A stretch of 64,000 nucleotides of DNA from Eledone cirrhosa (GCA_964016885.1 OZ024743.1:333932001-333996000); one strand, 5' to 3'; numbered from the stretch's first letter, positions 46,805-61,866 are shown. Numbers and translations are program-made. The notes: generated from the letters alone by a model not told the origin.

Positions 46805-47085
46805 AGGCACGTGACCTAGTGGTAAGGGTGTTGGACTTACGTTCATAAAGTCGTGGGTTCGATTCCTGGGTTGCGTGTTGTGTTCTTGAGCAAAACACTT
46901 CATTTCACGTTGCTCCAGTATACTCAGTTGAAAATGAGTACCAACAATAGCTGGGGATTTAACCCCGCAATGGACTGGCGTCCTGTCTAGGGGCGAGTCT
47001 TGTACTCTCAGTCGCTTCATGCTATGAAACCGGGATAAGCACCGGCCAAATGCGCCTTCTGGCTTAAGACAGACTTTAGACTTTT
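46805..47085 (+). mobile_element. tRNA-derived SINE of a second family (Meta-SINE-like central domain)
   Basis: A box TGACCTAGTGG and B box GGTTCGATTCC. Core CTTGAGCAAAACACTT..TTGCTCCAGT..ACTCAG..AAATGAGTACC. A related fragment lies at ~4850-4890 (-). Confidence 0.7.
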
Positions 47086-47334
47086 ATATATATGTCATTC
47101 ACTAATTTGTAATGATTAAATGCCCAGATTTATTCCTTGAATTTTTCTTTGAGCTTATTCTTGTGTGATAAGGAGCATGTTCGAGATTATCTCAAACATG
47201 ACATATATAATTTTAAATGTAATTTGAGTGTGTATGTATAATGTAGTCACGAAAATGAATTGAGCAGCAATGTTTAGCTTTGAAATCAGTATAATTATAT
47301 TATAGCAATATTTAATGTTGCTTAGGGGACAGTT

Positions 47335-47388
<54 letters not shown>

Positions 47389-47560
47389 GTCTGTGCGTGG
47401 AAATCGAGTTGAAACCGAGTTTGGATTCTACCCTTTCACTATATATTCCTAAATATTCCTTTTAAGTATTTTTGTACAAGTGAATAAATCTAAAAATATG
47501 ACAAAGAATTTTATTCTGGAATTTATAAAAGCAACAGGTATCAGTACACACACACACACA

Positions 47561-47660
<100 letters not shown>

Positions 47661-47678
47661 GATAGATAGATAGATATG

Positions 47679-50600
47679 TTTCTTTATTAGCCACAGGGCC
47701 ACAAAAGAAGGGGACAAATACAAAGGGGGAAGTTTACATACAATAAAAACGTGTAAAATATTATCACAAATGCAATTTAAAAATGAGTCGATTTTCCCCA
47801 ATAGGGGGAGAAAGTTCATATGGGTAACACATACCCCCGAAAAAATGTGCAGCCCTCATCTCCAGGAGTACGAAGAGTTTGTACTCCTTTCCTCTCCTCC
47901 TCCTTTTCCTCAACCTACAGGCTGATATAGAGAGAAGGCCCATTCACTCGAGCCATTCTCGCCACTTTCACCCACCTTTCATAAAACTTGCTGGGGTACA
48001 GCACATCTCTCTCCATCCTGATTCTTCTTCCAAAGTGGTATTTGAAAAAAAGAATCAGTTGTTAGCCGGAGAGAAAGGTGTCTGACCTCAGCCCTTTCAA
48101 CCTTGTCCACCATACAACCTCTTTCGCCATAGCTATCACACAAAGGAAAACCGCCTCTCCTTCGTTTTTGAAGGAGAGTGGCTGTTTGATCATGACAATG
48201 GACTCGGTGGTCAACCGGATTGGTCCCACCCGCGACAATAGTCGTTCTACATAGCCCGACAGATCGGTGACGCCCGGGCAGTGTATGAATGCGTGCGCGA
48301 CGGTTTCTTCGTCTGGCACGCACCTCGGACAGATCATTTTTGCAGGGTCTCTGCCCGGGCGCCCATGTCTGTAGAGCTTGTCTCGAACTGGTAGAGCTCC
48401 TCGGTAGTACTGCCAGGCCAGGGACTTTTGGAAGTTGTCCATCGGTCCCCGGCGGAAGGTCCGACCGAACAGACTGGCCAGTTCATCTTCCTCTACGCCT
48501 AGAGTTTCACCGAGCGCGTCGTCGCACTTGCTGCGGATCAACCCTCTATAGAATGACGAAGTGGAGTCTCCACTGATCGCTGGGTCAGCCTGCCGGAGGG
48601 CTGTGGGCGCCTGAGCACATTCCATGTGCCAGTCGCCCATTTTCCTCGGTCTTTGCTTGACCCAGGACTGCAGCTCGGTCAGCGAGACAAGTCGTGGGGA
48701 GGCTCGCCTCACGAACGGAGCCCACACCGGTTGTCCGGTGTGGAATACGTAGAGATGTCGCAGCCTGAGCGCGTGTTTGCGCATCGTCAGCCACGGCATC
48801 CCCAGCCCTCCGTTGGAGGGGTGTTGGCAGCAGATGGATCTTCTCACCAAAGGAGCCCGCCTCTTCCAAAGGAATTGGAAAAGCGCACGCTCCATTTTGG
48901 TGAGCGTTTTGGATGGACAAGGCACGACGGTCAAGCGGTAGTAGATGGCGGACGCTATAAAAGTGTTCACCATCTCCGCTCGACCTTTCAAGGATAGTTT
49001 GCACTCGGCCCACTTCTGGGTGAGTGCAAACATCTTGGTCATCACCTCGTTTCAGTTCTTCTCCACCTGGAGGTCCGGACCAAACCAGACCCCGAGCAGC
49101 TTTACCGGTCCTTCCGTCCAGCGTCCGAGGACGTCATCGGAAGGCATCGGTTTGCCTCTCCACGATCCGAGTTGCAAACCGATGGACTTGTCCCGGTTCA
49201 GCTTCGCTCCTGTGAAACTTTCGTATTCCTTCAGTAAGGTATCGACTTCCTCGATTTGCGAGGCGCTCGACACCATTAGTGTTACGTCGTCGGCGTAGGC
49301 CGACGCCGCTTTCCGCAGTCCCGGTTCCAGAGGGATGCCCTGCAATAGCTCCAACTTCCGCAGGAGTGGCTCGAGAGTCAGTACGTACAGAAGGGAGGAG
49401 AGAGGGCATCCCTGTCGAATGGATCGCGTGATATGGAACGGCTCCGAGAGGTAGCCGTTCACCTTGACCCCTGAGCAGATGTTGCTGTTGTGCATTGCAG
49501 CAATCCAGCCCCTGAACACGGGTCCGAAGCCTACCGCCTCGAGCACCGCATCCAGGTAACGATGGTCAACCCTATCGAAAGCCTTAGACTGATCCAAGTT
49601 GATCAGGGCCCCACCGAAGCCGGGTTTACACCCTACCCTCTCTATCGCATGAGGTGGAGGTTGTGTATGTACCTGGTCGGGATTGCGCATGTCTACGCTT
49701 CTCCCACCAGGTTCTCGACGACAACCGCCAGCCTCTTTGCCAACACCTTGGCCAAAATCTGTAACTCTGTGTTTAGCAGAGTTATGGGCCGCAAGTTGCC
49801 TATGTCATCCCCCTTATTCTCGTCCTTCCTGACTAGTGTGACTAAGTCCCCGGTCACAGAACTGGGAATTCTCCAGTTCTGTTACCAGTTGCAGTAGACC
49901 GCTTCTAGGAGACCGGAGAATAAGTCCGGCATTGCTACGTAAAATTCGTAGAGTAGACCGCCGAGACCTGGAGATTTGCGTTTGCCGCATTGGCTCAGCG
50001 CGTCTCCTATCTCAGCGGCTGAAATCGGCTTTTCGCAGAACTTTGGCTCGCTGTCCGAGAGTCGCGGTAGGCCGTCGAGGTATGGACCGAAATCTATAGC
50101 CTCTCCCGGCGCGCCGCCCTGCCCGAGCAGTTGAGCAAAGTGCCGCTGAAAGGCCGTACACATCTGCTTCGGCTCACGTATCACGCGTCCGTTTTGGTCC
50201 CTCAAAGACCGAATCGTGGACTTGTTGCTACTTCTTACCTCCGTCTCTCGGGCCCAGCTAACAGCTTTGGCTCCCTCGTTTCCCAGAGCACGTATTTTGC
50301 TTCTGACAACGCAGCCCTCGTTCTTTGCGTCGAAGAACTGGTCCAAGGCCGCTCTCGTTGCTAGCATGCTGACTCCGTTGCCACTTCTAATTGCCTATTC
50401 TACTTTATCTACCAGTTCCTTCTCGGTTCTATTTCTATCTAACGCTAATTCTTTACTAAAAACTAACGAGTCTAATCTAACTGCCCTCTTGAGAGAGTAC
50501 CACCATCTGTTGTTGACAATGGCCCCTGTCAAGTGCTGTTTAACTAAAGTGCTAATCCGTCTACTGTAGGCTTTGCATGTCGGTAACGACAAGTTCAGCT

Positions 50601-53512
50601 TCCAGTAGCCGGGTCCTTGTCTATGGGTTCTATCAAGGTTGGCAATGCAGGTCACTAGTTTGTGATCTGAATAGGCAACCATGAACATTTGTGGACAGAT
50701 TAACATGTCCCTATCCTTATTTCTAACTAGAACCATATCTCGGTACGATCTAGATGTTCCGCTACGATTAGTCCACGTCCACAGTAGCACAGTCGGAAAA
50801 TCTATCGGCCAGGTCAAATCGGTCGATTAACTGCTTGAGGCTGTTACACCCCCCTTTATGGGGACATGCTCCCACATAGTCCCAACGTGCATCTAGGATT
50901 CCATTCCAGTCCCCACTAAAAGCAAGGAGCGGGATGTTCCCAGAAAAGTCTCTAGACGTTTGAAGAAGTCTGGCCGCGGTGTACCGGATGGGACATATGC
51001 AGCCACCAGCCTGAAGGCTCCACCTTCACTACCGTCAACGTCTAGGACCACCAGTCGTCCCTCCGGGTCCAGATGTACCGTCTGTGTTACGAGGTGTTTC
51101 CGCAGCAAAACGGCAACCCCGCCCCCACCCCCCGTCCGACAGAGAGATGCGTAGATCCCAAAGTCATCGAAGATGGGGGCTAGCTGTCGCTCGCCGTGGA
51201 TCCTGGACTCGCAAATGGCTACTACATCCATACTGTGCGACCTGAGGTCGTTTAAGAGTTTGCCCTGTTTCTAGGGCATCCCCAGGCCGCGTACGTTCAC
51301 ACATCTAACTCTTATATTGGCCATGTTGGTGCTGAAAAGTTAAAATAGGAAAATAAATCACTCACCCTTCGTCTCCTGGGGACCAGGCTGCACGATTTCC
51401 ATGGGGGTGTTGGAGGGGTTGTCTGGGTGGGTGGTGATTTCCGGCGGGGTGGGGACGGAGATGTTTGGTGGGGTGGGGGACGGAGATGTTTGGTGGGGTG
51501 GGGTCTGGTGGGATGGGGGTGTCTGGGGTGGGGAGACATTTGAGAAGGACGCGGTTAAGTGGTTTCGCGCAGGAATTCCCCACATCCTTTTCAAATGTTT
51601 CTTTTAGGGACCTATAAGTTTTTATAGGGACCCTAATCAGTTTTAGGTTCAGTTTTTTGTTATTTTTAATAGAGTGGGCGAAAGTTTTACCTTCGGTTTT
51701 CACCGAAGGGTCGTTCGTCATGGTCTCCATTAGTGTTTTGTTTTCAGTGTTTATGTATGTGTAAGTGTAATTTTCTTGTGTTGTGTTTGTTTTTGTCTGT
51801 AGTTCTTGTGTGTGCTTTCGTTTTGTTGTAGGTATTTTGTTTTCAGGAGGTGGGAGTTTGGTTTGTGATGTTTTTGTTGTTTGTGTTGGTGGTTGTATGT
51901 TTGTGGTAGTGTTTGCTGGTTTTTTGCTTTTGTGATGTCTTTTCTTTCTTTTCGAGCGATGGGGTTCTCCCTCGTCTTCACTGGGTGATGGCGAGACAGC
52001 CTCATCTGTTATATCGTCTGTGTGATTGGGGAGGGGTATATCTTGGGGAGCTGTTGTGTCTGTATGTGATTTTGCAGTGGTTTTAGGTGGAGTGGGGTTG
52101 GGTGGGACTGTGTTTGTTGTGGTTATTTTTGTGTGTTGATGTTGTTGTTGTGGTGGTGTTGGTGGTTGTGTCATTTTGATGGGTGTCGGCAGAAGAGTCT
52201 TTTTTTTACTCATTAATTTAGGACAGGAAGCCCTCAGGTGACCCCTGCTAAAGCAGTGGTAACATGAAGGCCGCCTACCCTCAACCGAAAAGTTTATGTA
52301 GGTGAGTCCGTCCAGGAGTACACGTTGTGGGATCATAGCTATTTGCTCTGGGCTCATTTACACCAGAACTCCAATGCTAGTCCCATTAAATACATCTCTG
52401 GGGGACTTTCCTACTGAAAGTATTTTGTCTTCATCAAAATTGATGAAGCCGCACAGTATCCACCACAACTTTGGTGTGACACTCGTGATTCTAATCTTTT
52501 GTGTCCTTTTTCCCATGTATGTAGGGAAAAAGATATACAGGTTGGATACAATTGGCGACACAGTAATTTTGGGCCGTCAATTGATACTTCATGAGTACCG
52601 AAATACTCCCAAAGAGTTTGCTTCTTTGAATTAATGAAATATCATTCATTGAATTTTTGAAACCCAGTTCAATTTCTTTCTGTGACAATTGGACTGGTTT
52701 TCGGGTAGAATTGGAAACTGTCCTAAAAACTATCGTTTTGAGAGCAGCTTCCTTGCGAATTTCTACCGGAGAATTGATGCTGAAAGCACCATTCTTTTCG
52801 AAAGTAACATATCTCTAGCGTCCTTTAAAAGTTGTTCGGCATTTGTTATGTCGAGATATGTTAGTTCCTCCTTTTTCTGAACTGTCTGTGCAAAGGAGTT
52901 TTCGGTTTCTTTGTGGAATTATCCGTGTTGGTGGTGTTGTCATTATTGTTGTTATTGTTCTTGTTGTTCTTGTTGTCACTGATGTTGATATTGTTCGTAT
53001 TTTCCTTGGTGTTGGTGTTGTTGTTGTCTTTGATGCTGGTATTATTGGTGTTGTCTTTATTTTTTTCTTTGTTGTTGTTGTCATTGTTGTTTTTATCATC
53101 ATTGTTGTTGTTGTTATTTTTGTTGTCATTGTACTGTTTGGTGTCATTTGTGTTGTTTGAATATAAATTTGTTTTTACAACTTCATTTCGTCTTTCCATC
53201 TCCATAGTATCTATGGAGAAGGAAAGGGAAGAAGACGATGTTGACTGCGAGCTATGTAGTCTTACCGACTCTCCACCACCATTATCGTCGAACGCAGCGT
53301 TCATAACGTAATCAAACTACTTACGATATTTTTTCAAAAATTTGATGGAGAAAACCCTCTAGGGGCGAAAATGAATTGACCCACCAGCTGCGGGTCCAGA
53401 CGGGGGGTGGGGGGTCAAGTTACACAATAATATAAAATTTAACTGAATACTCACGTTTTTTTCTTACATAAATTAACGGAAACTTCTCCGCGAAGTTACA
53501 TACGTCTGGTAG
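47679..53512 (-). mobile_element. Decayed near full-length Tx1-like LINE between (GATA)n arrays
   Basis: ORF1 pieces at ~51360-53300 (CYHCFSRGHLRASC). ORF2 at 47915-51324 starts MANIRVRCVNVRGL and contains LDQSKAFDRV and YADD. The 3' end is AATAAAGAAA + (ATCT)n. Confidence 0.9.
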
Positions 53513-53543
53513 AGTGAGATAGATAGATAGATAGATAGATAGA

Positions 53544-56500
53544 TTTCTTTATTTGCCACAAGGGCGCACACGAAAAGGGGTCAATACAAAGACATGCCGG
53601 GGATTTTACAAACAGTCGTGTAAAAAATATAAAAACAAACAATTACAACAATGGAAATCCCCAATAGGGGTAGGCGCCACAAATGGGCTGTTAAATACCC
53701 CGTCGATAGAACAACCCTCAACTCCAGGAGCGTGTTGTGCAAGTGCTCCTTTTTTCCTTTTGCTCTCTTCAGAGAAGGCCCAATCACTCGGGCCACTTTT
53801 GCTTCATTCACCCACCTTTCAGTAAATTTACTGGGGTGCAGTGCCTCTCTCTTCACCTTGATTCTCCTTCTAAAGTGATACTTAAAGATGGGCATCAATT
53901 GTTGTTCGGAGAGAAAGGCATCTGTCCTCAGTCCTCTCAACCTCGTCCACATATAACTTCTTTTACCATAGCCACCGTACAGAGGAAAACCGCCTCTCTT
54001 TCGTTTTTGAAAGAGGTTGGCGGTTTGATCCTTACTATGGACTCGGCAGTCAACTGGATTTGTCCCATACGCGACAGCAGTTGTTGTGCATAGTTTCACA
54101 GGTCGGTTACGCCCGGGCAGTGTACAATTGCGTGCAGGACTGTTTAAATGTCCTGCGCGCATCTTGGACACGTCCTCTTGGAAGGATCCCTGCCGGTGCG
54201 TCCGTGCCTGTAGATCTTGTCCCGTACCAGTAGAGCTCCTCGGTAGCACTGCCAGGCCAGGGATCTCTGAAAGTTGTCCATAGGTCCCGGGCGGAAAATC
54301 CTACCAAATTGACTGGTGAGCTCATCGTCTTCGACGCCCAGAGTCTCTCCGAGCACGTCGTCGCCCTTGTAACGTACAATCCCTCTATAGAATGTCGAAG
54401 TGCAGTTTCCACCGATTGCTGCGCCCGCTTGCCAGAGGACTGTGAGCACCTGAGCGCATTCAATGTGCCAGGCGCCCATCGTTTTCGGTCTTTTCTTCAC
54501 CCAGGACTGCAGCTCCGTCAGCGAGACGAGCTGTGGGAAAGCCTGTCTCACAAACGGTGCCCACACCGGTTGGGGATCGGTGAGGAATTCCTGGAGATGC
54601 CGCAGCCTCAGCGCATGTTTGCGCATCATCAGCCACGGCATCCCCAGCCCTCCGTTGGAAGGGTGCTGACAGCAGACGGATCTCCTCACCAGCGGAGCCT
54701 GCTTCTTCCACAGAAACTGGAAGAGCATGCGTTCCATCTTGGCGAGGTGTTCACGGGGACAAGGCACGACAGTCAAGCGGTAGTAGATGACGGACGCTAT
54801 GAGAGAGTGTTCGCCACCTCCGCTCGACCTTTCAAGGAGAGTTTGCACTCTGCCCACTTCTGAGTGAGTGCAAACACCTTGGCCGTGATGTCGTTCCAAT
54901 TTTTCTCCACCTGGAGGTCTGGACCGAACCAGACCCCGAGCAATTTCACCGTCCGTCCGTCCATCGTCCAACGACGCTGTCGGACGTCATCGGTTTGCCT
55001 CTCCACGTACCGAGTTGCAAACCGACAGACTTGACCGGGTTTAGTTTTGCTCCCGTCAGCGTTTCGTATTCTTTCAGTAAGTTGCCGATGACCCCGATTT
55101 CCGAGGTGCTCGACACCATTACCGTCACGTCGTCGACATAAGCCGACGCCGCTTTGCGCAGTCCCGGTTCTAGAGGGATGTCCTAAAACAGCTCCAATTT
55201 CCACAGTAGTGGCTCTAGAGTCAATGCATACAGAATGGAGGAGAGAGGGCACCCCTGTCGAACGGAAGGCGTGATTGCGAACGGTTCCGATAGGTAGCCG
55301 TTCACCTTGACCCTCGAGCAGATGCTGGTATGCATCGCCTCGATCCAGCCTCTGAACAGGGGACCGAAACCGGCCGCCTTGAGAACCTCTTCCAAGTATC
55401 GATGGTCGACCCTATCGAATGCCTTAGACTGATCCAAGTTGATCAGAGCCCCACCGAAGCCGGGTTTACTACCCACCCTCTCTATGATGTATCGCATGAG
55501 GTAGAGGTTGTCGTGTATGGACCTGGTCGGGATTGCACACGTTTGCGCTTTCCCGACCAGGTTCTCGACGACAAGCACCAACCTCGTCGCTAGCACTTTG
55601 GCCAAAATCTTTAACTCTGTGTTGAGCAGAGTTATGGGCCTGAAGTTGTTAATTTCGTCCCCTTTGTTCTCATCTTTCCTGATCAGTGTTTTTACGCCCT
55701 TGCCTGCAGAACTGGGAATTCTCCCGTTCTGCTGCCAATTCCAGTAGAATGCTTCGAGGACGCCAGAGAACAAGTCCGGCATGCCTATGTAAAATTCGTA
55801 GGGTAGACCATCTAGACCGAGTGACTTGCGTTTCCCGCAGCGGCCCAGAGCGTCCCGTATCTCAGTGTCCGTGATCGGTCTTTCGCAGAATTCGGCGCCC
55901 GTGTTCGTGAGACGAGGCAGGCCGTCGAGGTATGAACTAAAGTCCATTGCCCCGTTCGGCTCACCGTCGTTCTGCTCAAACAGTCGCGCAAAGTGCCGCT
56001 GAAAGGCCGCGCACATTTGCTTGGGGTCAGGTAGCAAGCGTCCGTTTTGGTCTTTCAAAGACCGAATCATGGACCTGTTGCCACTTTTTGCCTCCGCCAC
56101 TCGGGCCCAGCTGACAGCTTTCGCTCCTTTGTTTCCTAGAGCACGTGTTTTGCTTCTGACCACGCAGCCTTCGTGTTTCGCATCGAAGAACTGGTCCAGT
56201 GCCGTTCTCGACGCTAACACTCTAGCCGCGTGGCCACTTTAAGTGCCTCCTCTACCTTGGCTACTAGTTCTCTTTCTATTCTGTTTTTCTCTAAGGCTAA
56301 CTCTCTGCTAAACTCTATCGATTCTATTCTAATTGCTTTCTTGAGGGAGTACCACCATCTATTGTTGACGATGGCTCCCGTTAACTGTTGCTTGACTAGT
56401 CTACTTATCCGTTCACTGTAAGCTTTACGGCAACGACACGTTCAGCTTCCAGTATCGGGACCCTGTCTATGTATTCTATCACGGTTGACTAAGCAGACGA

Positions 56501-59130
56501 CTAACTTGTGATCTGAATAGGCAACCATGTGTATTCGTGGACAGCTTAACATCTCCTTGTCCATTTCTTTAATGAAGAATCTATCTAAATACGATCTAGA
56601 TGTCCCACTGCGGTTTGCCCACGTCCACTGTGGTGCAGTCGGGAAATCCAGTCGATACCTATCGGCCATTTGGAATTGACCGATTAAAGTTTTGAGGCTA
56701 TTGCACCCCGCTCTACTGGGACATGCTCCCACATAGTCCCATCGTGCATCTAGGATACCATTCCAGTTCCCCACTAAAAGTAAGGAGCGAGACGTTCCCA
56801 GAAAAGACTAGACGCTTAAAGAAGTCTGGCCGTGATTGCGATTGCCCGGTCGGGGCATAAACGGCCACAAGTCTGAAGGCTCCACCTCCGATACTGTTCA
56901 CGTCTAGGACTACCAGTCTACCCTCCGGGTCCAAGTGTACTTGCTGTGCTTCGACGTCCAGGTTCTTCCGAAACATGACAGCCACTCCACCTCCACCTCC
57001 TGACTGACAGAGAGATGCGTAGATCTCAAAGTCGTCGAAGATGGGGGTTAGTTGCTGCCTGTTGTGGATCCTGGACTCGGTGATGGCTATCACATCCATA
57101 CTGTGTGACCTAAGGTCGTTTAAAAGTTGGCCCTCTTTCTAGGGCATCCTAAGGCCACGCACATTCACGGTTCCAACTCGTAAACTAGCCATGTTGGTGA
57201 AGAAAAGTTGGAGAAAAAGGACGAAAGGTGCACTTAACTTTTCGTTTCCTGGAGATCGGGTTGTTCAATCTGCATTTGGGTGGTGGATGGGGTGTTGGGT
57301 GGGGTGGGGAAACATTTTAACAGAACGCGGTTGATGGGTTTGTGGCAGGGGTTGCCCACGTCCTGTGAAAATTTAATTTTTAGGTCTTTATATGTTTCCA
57401 TAGAAACCCTTATAAGTTTACGGTGTGGAGACGATTCTGCCTTGACGAAAGTTTTGCCCTCCGTCTCCACCTTGGGGTTCTGGGAGATGACCTCCATCAA
57501 ACTCTTGTTGTTTGTGTTGATGTATGCGTATTGTTGTTTGTGTTTTTGTTGTGTTGTTTTAGTTTGTTGTTCGTCCGGGAGTTTTCTTTTTATGGTGGGT
57601 GCTTGTGTTTGGGGTGGTGTTGGTGCTGGTTTTGCTGATAGGGGGATGTTTGACTGTGGTGTTGTTTGTGTTGTTGTTTGTGTCTGTGGTTGTGTGTTGG
57701 TGTTGGTGATTGGAGTTTTGGGGGTTTTGTGGTGTCTCTTTTTTGTTTTTTTAGATTTCCGCGGTTCTCCCTCTTCTTCACTTAAAGAAGGAGAAGCAGC
57801 TTCATCCGTCGATGAATAATCATCGTCAGCTGTGTGGGGTAAGGGTATGTTGTGTGGTGGTGGTGTTTCGGTATGTGTGTTTGTGGTAGTGTTTGATTGA
57901 GTGGGATGGAGTGGGGATGTGTTCTTCAGGGGTGTTGTCTCTGTTTTTTATGTTGTTGTCGGTTGAGTGTTTGTTTTGGTGTGGTTGCTCGTTTCGTCTG
58001 TCGTTGTACTTGTGGTGGTGGTGGTTGTTTTGTTGTTGGTGTTGGTAATAGCGTTTTTTTAATGATGTTGTTGTTGTGTTTGTGGACAAGAGGCTTTTAG
58101 GTGAGCTGTGCTACCACAGCGAAAGCAATGACATGTTCGTCCTTCTACCGAAATGTTTATTTTAACGACTCTTTCGGGTATTTTGGAGATTCTCTCCGGT
58201 TTCATTTGCAACAGAATCTCCAAATCTGTGCCCGCCCACCTTTGTCGAATAGATTTTCGTATCGAAAGTATTATGTCTGTTTCTGGCTCTACGAAGCCAG
58301 CCAAGATCCACCAGATGTTAATGCTTGGAGGTATGTTTTTTATTTTTATTTTTTGTGTCCTTTTCCCCATGTATGTAGGGAAAAAGGTGTATGCTTTTGA
58401 CACTATTGGTGTCACAGAGATTTTTTGGGCGAGTGCCTCGCTTTTAAACAGTACGGAAACACTTCCGTACTGTTTTCCTCGCTGGAGAAAATCGACATTT
58501 GCTAGAATTTCCTTGAAAGAATCTTCTATATCTTCTTGATTAACAAATGTCGGCTTTCTTGACGAATTTGACACAGTCCTAAAAGTGACTGATCTGCGGT
58601 TTGTGTCTTCCTTTATTTCAAGGGGTGAGTTAATTCTAAACCCACCTGTTTTTTCGAAAGTTACAAATTTTCTCCCTTGCTGGAGCACATCTCTTGCGTT
58701 GGAGATATCAAGATTTATAAAATCTTGTTTTTTTATCACTATTTCAGCGAAAGACATTTTCTTTTTTTGTGTGGTGTTGCTGTTGATGATGTTGTTATCG
58801 TTGTTGGAAATCTCAGTTCCTTGTCGAGGTGAAACTTTATGTGTAGATGTATCTGTAGAGTTGTTGATGTCTTTTTCATATGTATGTATGTCAATGGGTT
58901 TTTTTGCTGTGTTTTCCTGTGTGTTATTGTTATTTTTCTCCGCTTCGGCGGTAGAAATTGTAAAATTTTCAAATGTTAATATATTTTTTCTTTTGTGACA
59001 GTTGTATCTATGGCGACGTCCATAGTAGCAGAAGCAGATATAAAGTGTTGTGTTTTTTCAAACAATTAGATCGGTTTTTTGCATAGAAATTAACAAAAAA
59101 CTTACCGGCGATGTTCCACACGTCAGACAG
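53544..59130 (-). mobile_element. Second decayed Tx1-like LINE in tandem, between (GATA)n arrays
   Basis: ORF1 pieces at ~57234-58970 (CFRCGSTAHLKASC). ORF2 starts at 57192 (MASLRVGTVNVRGL) and has RT motifs at 55183-56220 and YVDD. The 3' end is AATAAAGAAA + (ATCT)n. Confidence 0.9.
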
Positions 59131-59403
59131 AAAGAGAGATAGATAGATAGATAGATAGGTAGATAGGTAGATAGGTATAGATAGATATAGATATATACAC
59201 ACACAAAAAATGTTGATACTTCGTACATTTCAAAATGAAGAGCCTTTTAGATTATTCACTTGCCAAAAATCTGCAGTAGGAAATACTAAAAAAAGAAAAA
59301 CAAAGAAAAAACAAAAGGCACACGAACGTCTGCAATCATACAAATTCACACAGGCATTTAGATTCATACATATACATATATAATGGAAAATATTATGCAT
59401 ACA

Positions 59404-59468
<65 letters not shown>

Positions 59469-59512
59469 TATAATAAATGTAATAAATGTAAATTCATAAC
59501 CTTGAATCGTTC

Positions 59513-59637
<125 letters not shown>

Positions 59638-60006
59638 CACATATATATGTATATATATATATACACACATATATATATAGATATATAGATATATATACTT
59701 ACATACATATATATATCTTAAACGTTAGATCATGCTTCAAAGAATATGTATATATACCATTACCATTTCAAACTGGGGAATAACACACTGAGGCACACAT
59801 TTAGACTATAGCAATGGGATAATGTTTATAATATATAATGTCAAACTGATGGATCCATCGTATAAAAGAAATAAGACTTCAATAAGTGAAATATATTGTA
59901 TGAATAATATTTTTCTCATGTTGTATTGTATTGGAATTGAGCTAAAAAGCTTAAGCTGCAAAGAACTTTACAAATATATATATATATATAACACCTGCAC
60001 TTAGTT

Positions 60007-60093
<87 letters not shown>

Positions 60094-60131
60094 AGGAAGT
60101 TATAGTTCACTTGAAGCATTGTGTAATGAGG

Positions 60132-60273
60132 TATAAATGTTTGCATATGTATAATAAAGCCAAAACAATGCAGGTATGGACATAGAATAAAGAATGCAAA
60201 AGCATTTGCATTCTTTATTCTATATCCATACCTACATTGTTTTGGCTTTATTATACATATGCAAACGTTTATA
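60132..60273. repeat. Fold-back repeat in (TA)n
   Basis: TATAAATGTTTGCATATG...GAATAAAGAATGCAAA / TTTGCATTCTTTATTC...CATATGCAAACGTTTATA. Confidence 0.85.
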
Positions 60274-60841
60274 TATATATATATATATGTGATGTGTATG
60301 TATGTATATATATGTATGTGTATATGTGTATACGTGTGTGTATGATATGTATATATGTGTGTATGTATGTATATTTTTTCTGTAGGAGTCTTCTCTATAT
60401 GTGGTGTTTGGCATGAATTCCTCCTATAATACTCTTCTTTGAGAGGAGCACGATATGTACAGTAACACATATGTATTGTCGCAGTTGAAACTGAGAACCA
60501 CCACCCCTCCTGCTGACCCAAATGTTTACTGAGGACCAGAACACCATTCTCCACAATATAAGAGAGGAATGCGCTTGCCGGACTATTGATGACCAAAACA
60601 TCACATTCCAAGGTAATGGCAAAATACAGTGAATGGTAAACACGACCAGAACACCACAACATGCACATCGGAGCAACAGAGATATAATATCAATAAGCGA
60701 ATCAATTGAATTTTTTGAGTTGAAATACATATAAATATGTGTCTGTGTGTATCGGACACACGTACACATGAAGAAACTGCTGACCTAAATGTACCTGTCA
60801 TGCCTGTCTGAATTCCTAAGAGAATTTTCGGTCGGTTACTA

Positions 60842-60937
60842 TCTAGCAGTCACGTGCAAGAACCGCTACGTAGTAATTGTGAGGGTAATCGTACCCTCAC
60901 AATTACTACGTAGCGGTTCTTGCACGTGACTGCTAGA
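60842..60937. repeat. Perfect 46-bp-arm palindrome, 4-nt loop
   Basis: Arms 60842-60887 and 60892-60937, loop ATCG. Confidence 0.95.
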
Positions 60938-61722
60938 CCCGGATGAAACGAAGACGAAGAATCTCCTTGCGTACCGTTTTGTACCACAGACGCGATCTCA
61001 CTCTGCCTCGTTAATGTTCAATCAACACCAAAGTTCTACGTTCTGGGCAATAGAATTGAATCCAACCACCGACAACATAGTTGGATGACCGATAATCACA
61101 CCAAACCGGAGTACTGTGATCCTTGTGATTTCGAGATATACAACCACTGATAGTGTTACGAAGACCAGAAAACCATACTCCATAATATTGAACCAAGTGA
61201 TTGATTTGTGCGACCAAAATAACACCACACACATATTGAACTAGGAATATTGGATCCTCCGTCAATGTCTGGGTGAGCAAAAATAGATTTCTATCTGCAT
61301 TGGAATTTACGAACTTGTGCATCTGCTGTGGTGTCAAAAACAAACGCACACGACCGCACAGATGAACAATGGACTATGCCACGTGGATTGAACCTGCAAG
61401 TGAATTGAAGGATGTGTAACTCTGATATACAGATTATTTATTATTAAGATGTATAAACTTGACATAACTATTATCATCGTATACTCTCTCAACTAATCAC
61501 ATTTGATTATATTTCTCTATCCCGTTTTCTCCCCCCCCCCCATATTTATAATATTTTTATTTGAAAAAATCGGTTTTTTTACATTGTGTTTTTCCCTTTC
61601 TAATACTTGCTTATATTTCTTTATATATTCTCTATATATTTTTTATATATATATTTTTATCTTTATTCTTATTTTCACTTTTATTCTCCTTTATATTTTA
61701 CCTTATTCTTACTTTTATACCT

Positions 61723-61866
61723 TATTATAGTGTAATCTTCCCCATGCCTTATTATACATTATTATAGTGTAATCTTCCCCATGCCTTATTATACATTATT
61801 AATTATAGATTATTATAGTGTAATCTTCCCCATGCCTTATTATACATTATTAATTATAGATTATTA
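61723..61866 (+). repeat. Short tandem minisatellite (3 copies, 37-51-bp unit)
   Basis: TTATAGTGTAATCTTCCCCATGCCTTATTATACA x3. Confidence 0.9.

Noticed and set aside
46805-46875. tRNA gene-like A/B boxes
   Set aside because: No convincing cloverleaf forms and the sequence continues into a SINE body.
60950-61420. Possible Ty3/gypsy integrase C-terminal relic
   Set aside because: The resemblance is only vague, with no intact motif and no LTR pair.
61723-61866. CRISPR-like direct repeats
   Set aside because: There are no unique spacers and no cas genes, and the context is eukaryotic. It is a simple minisatellite.
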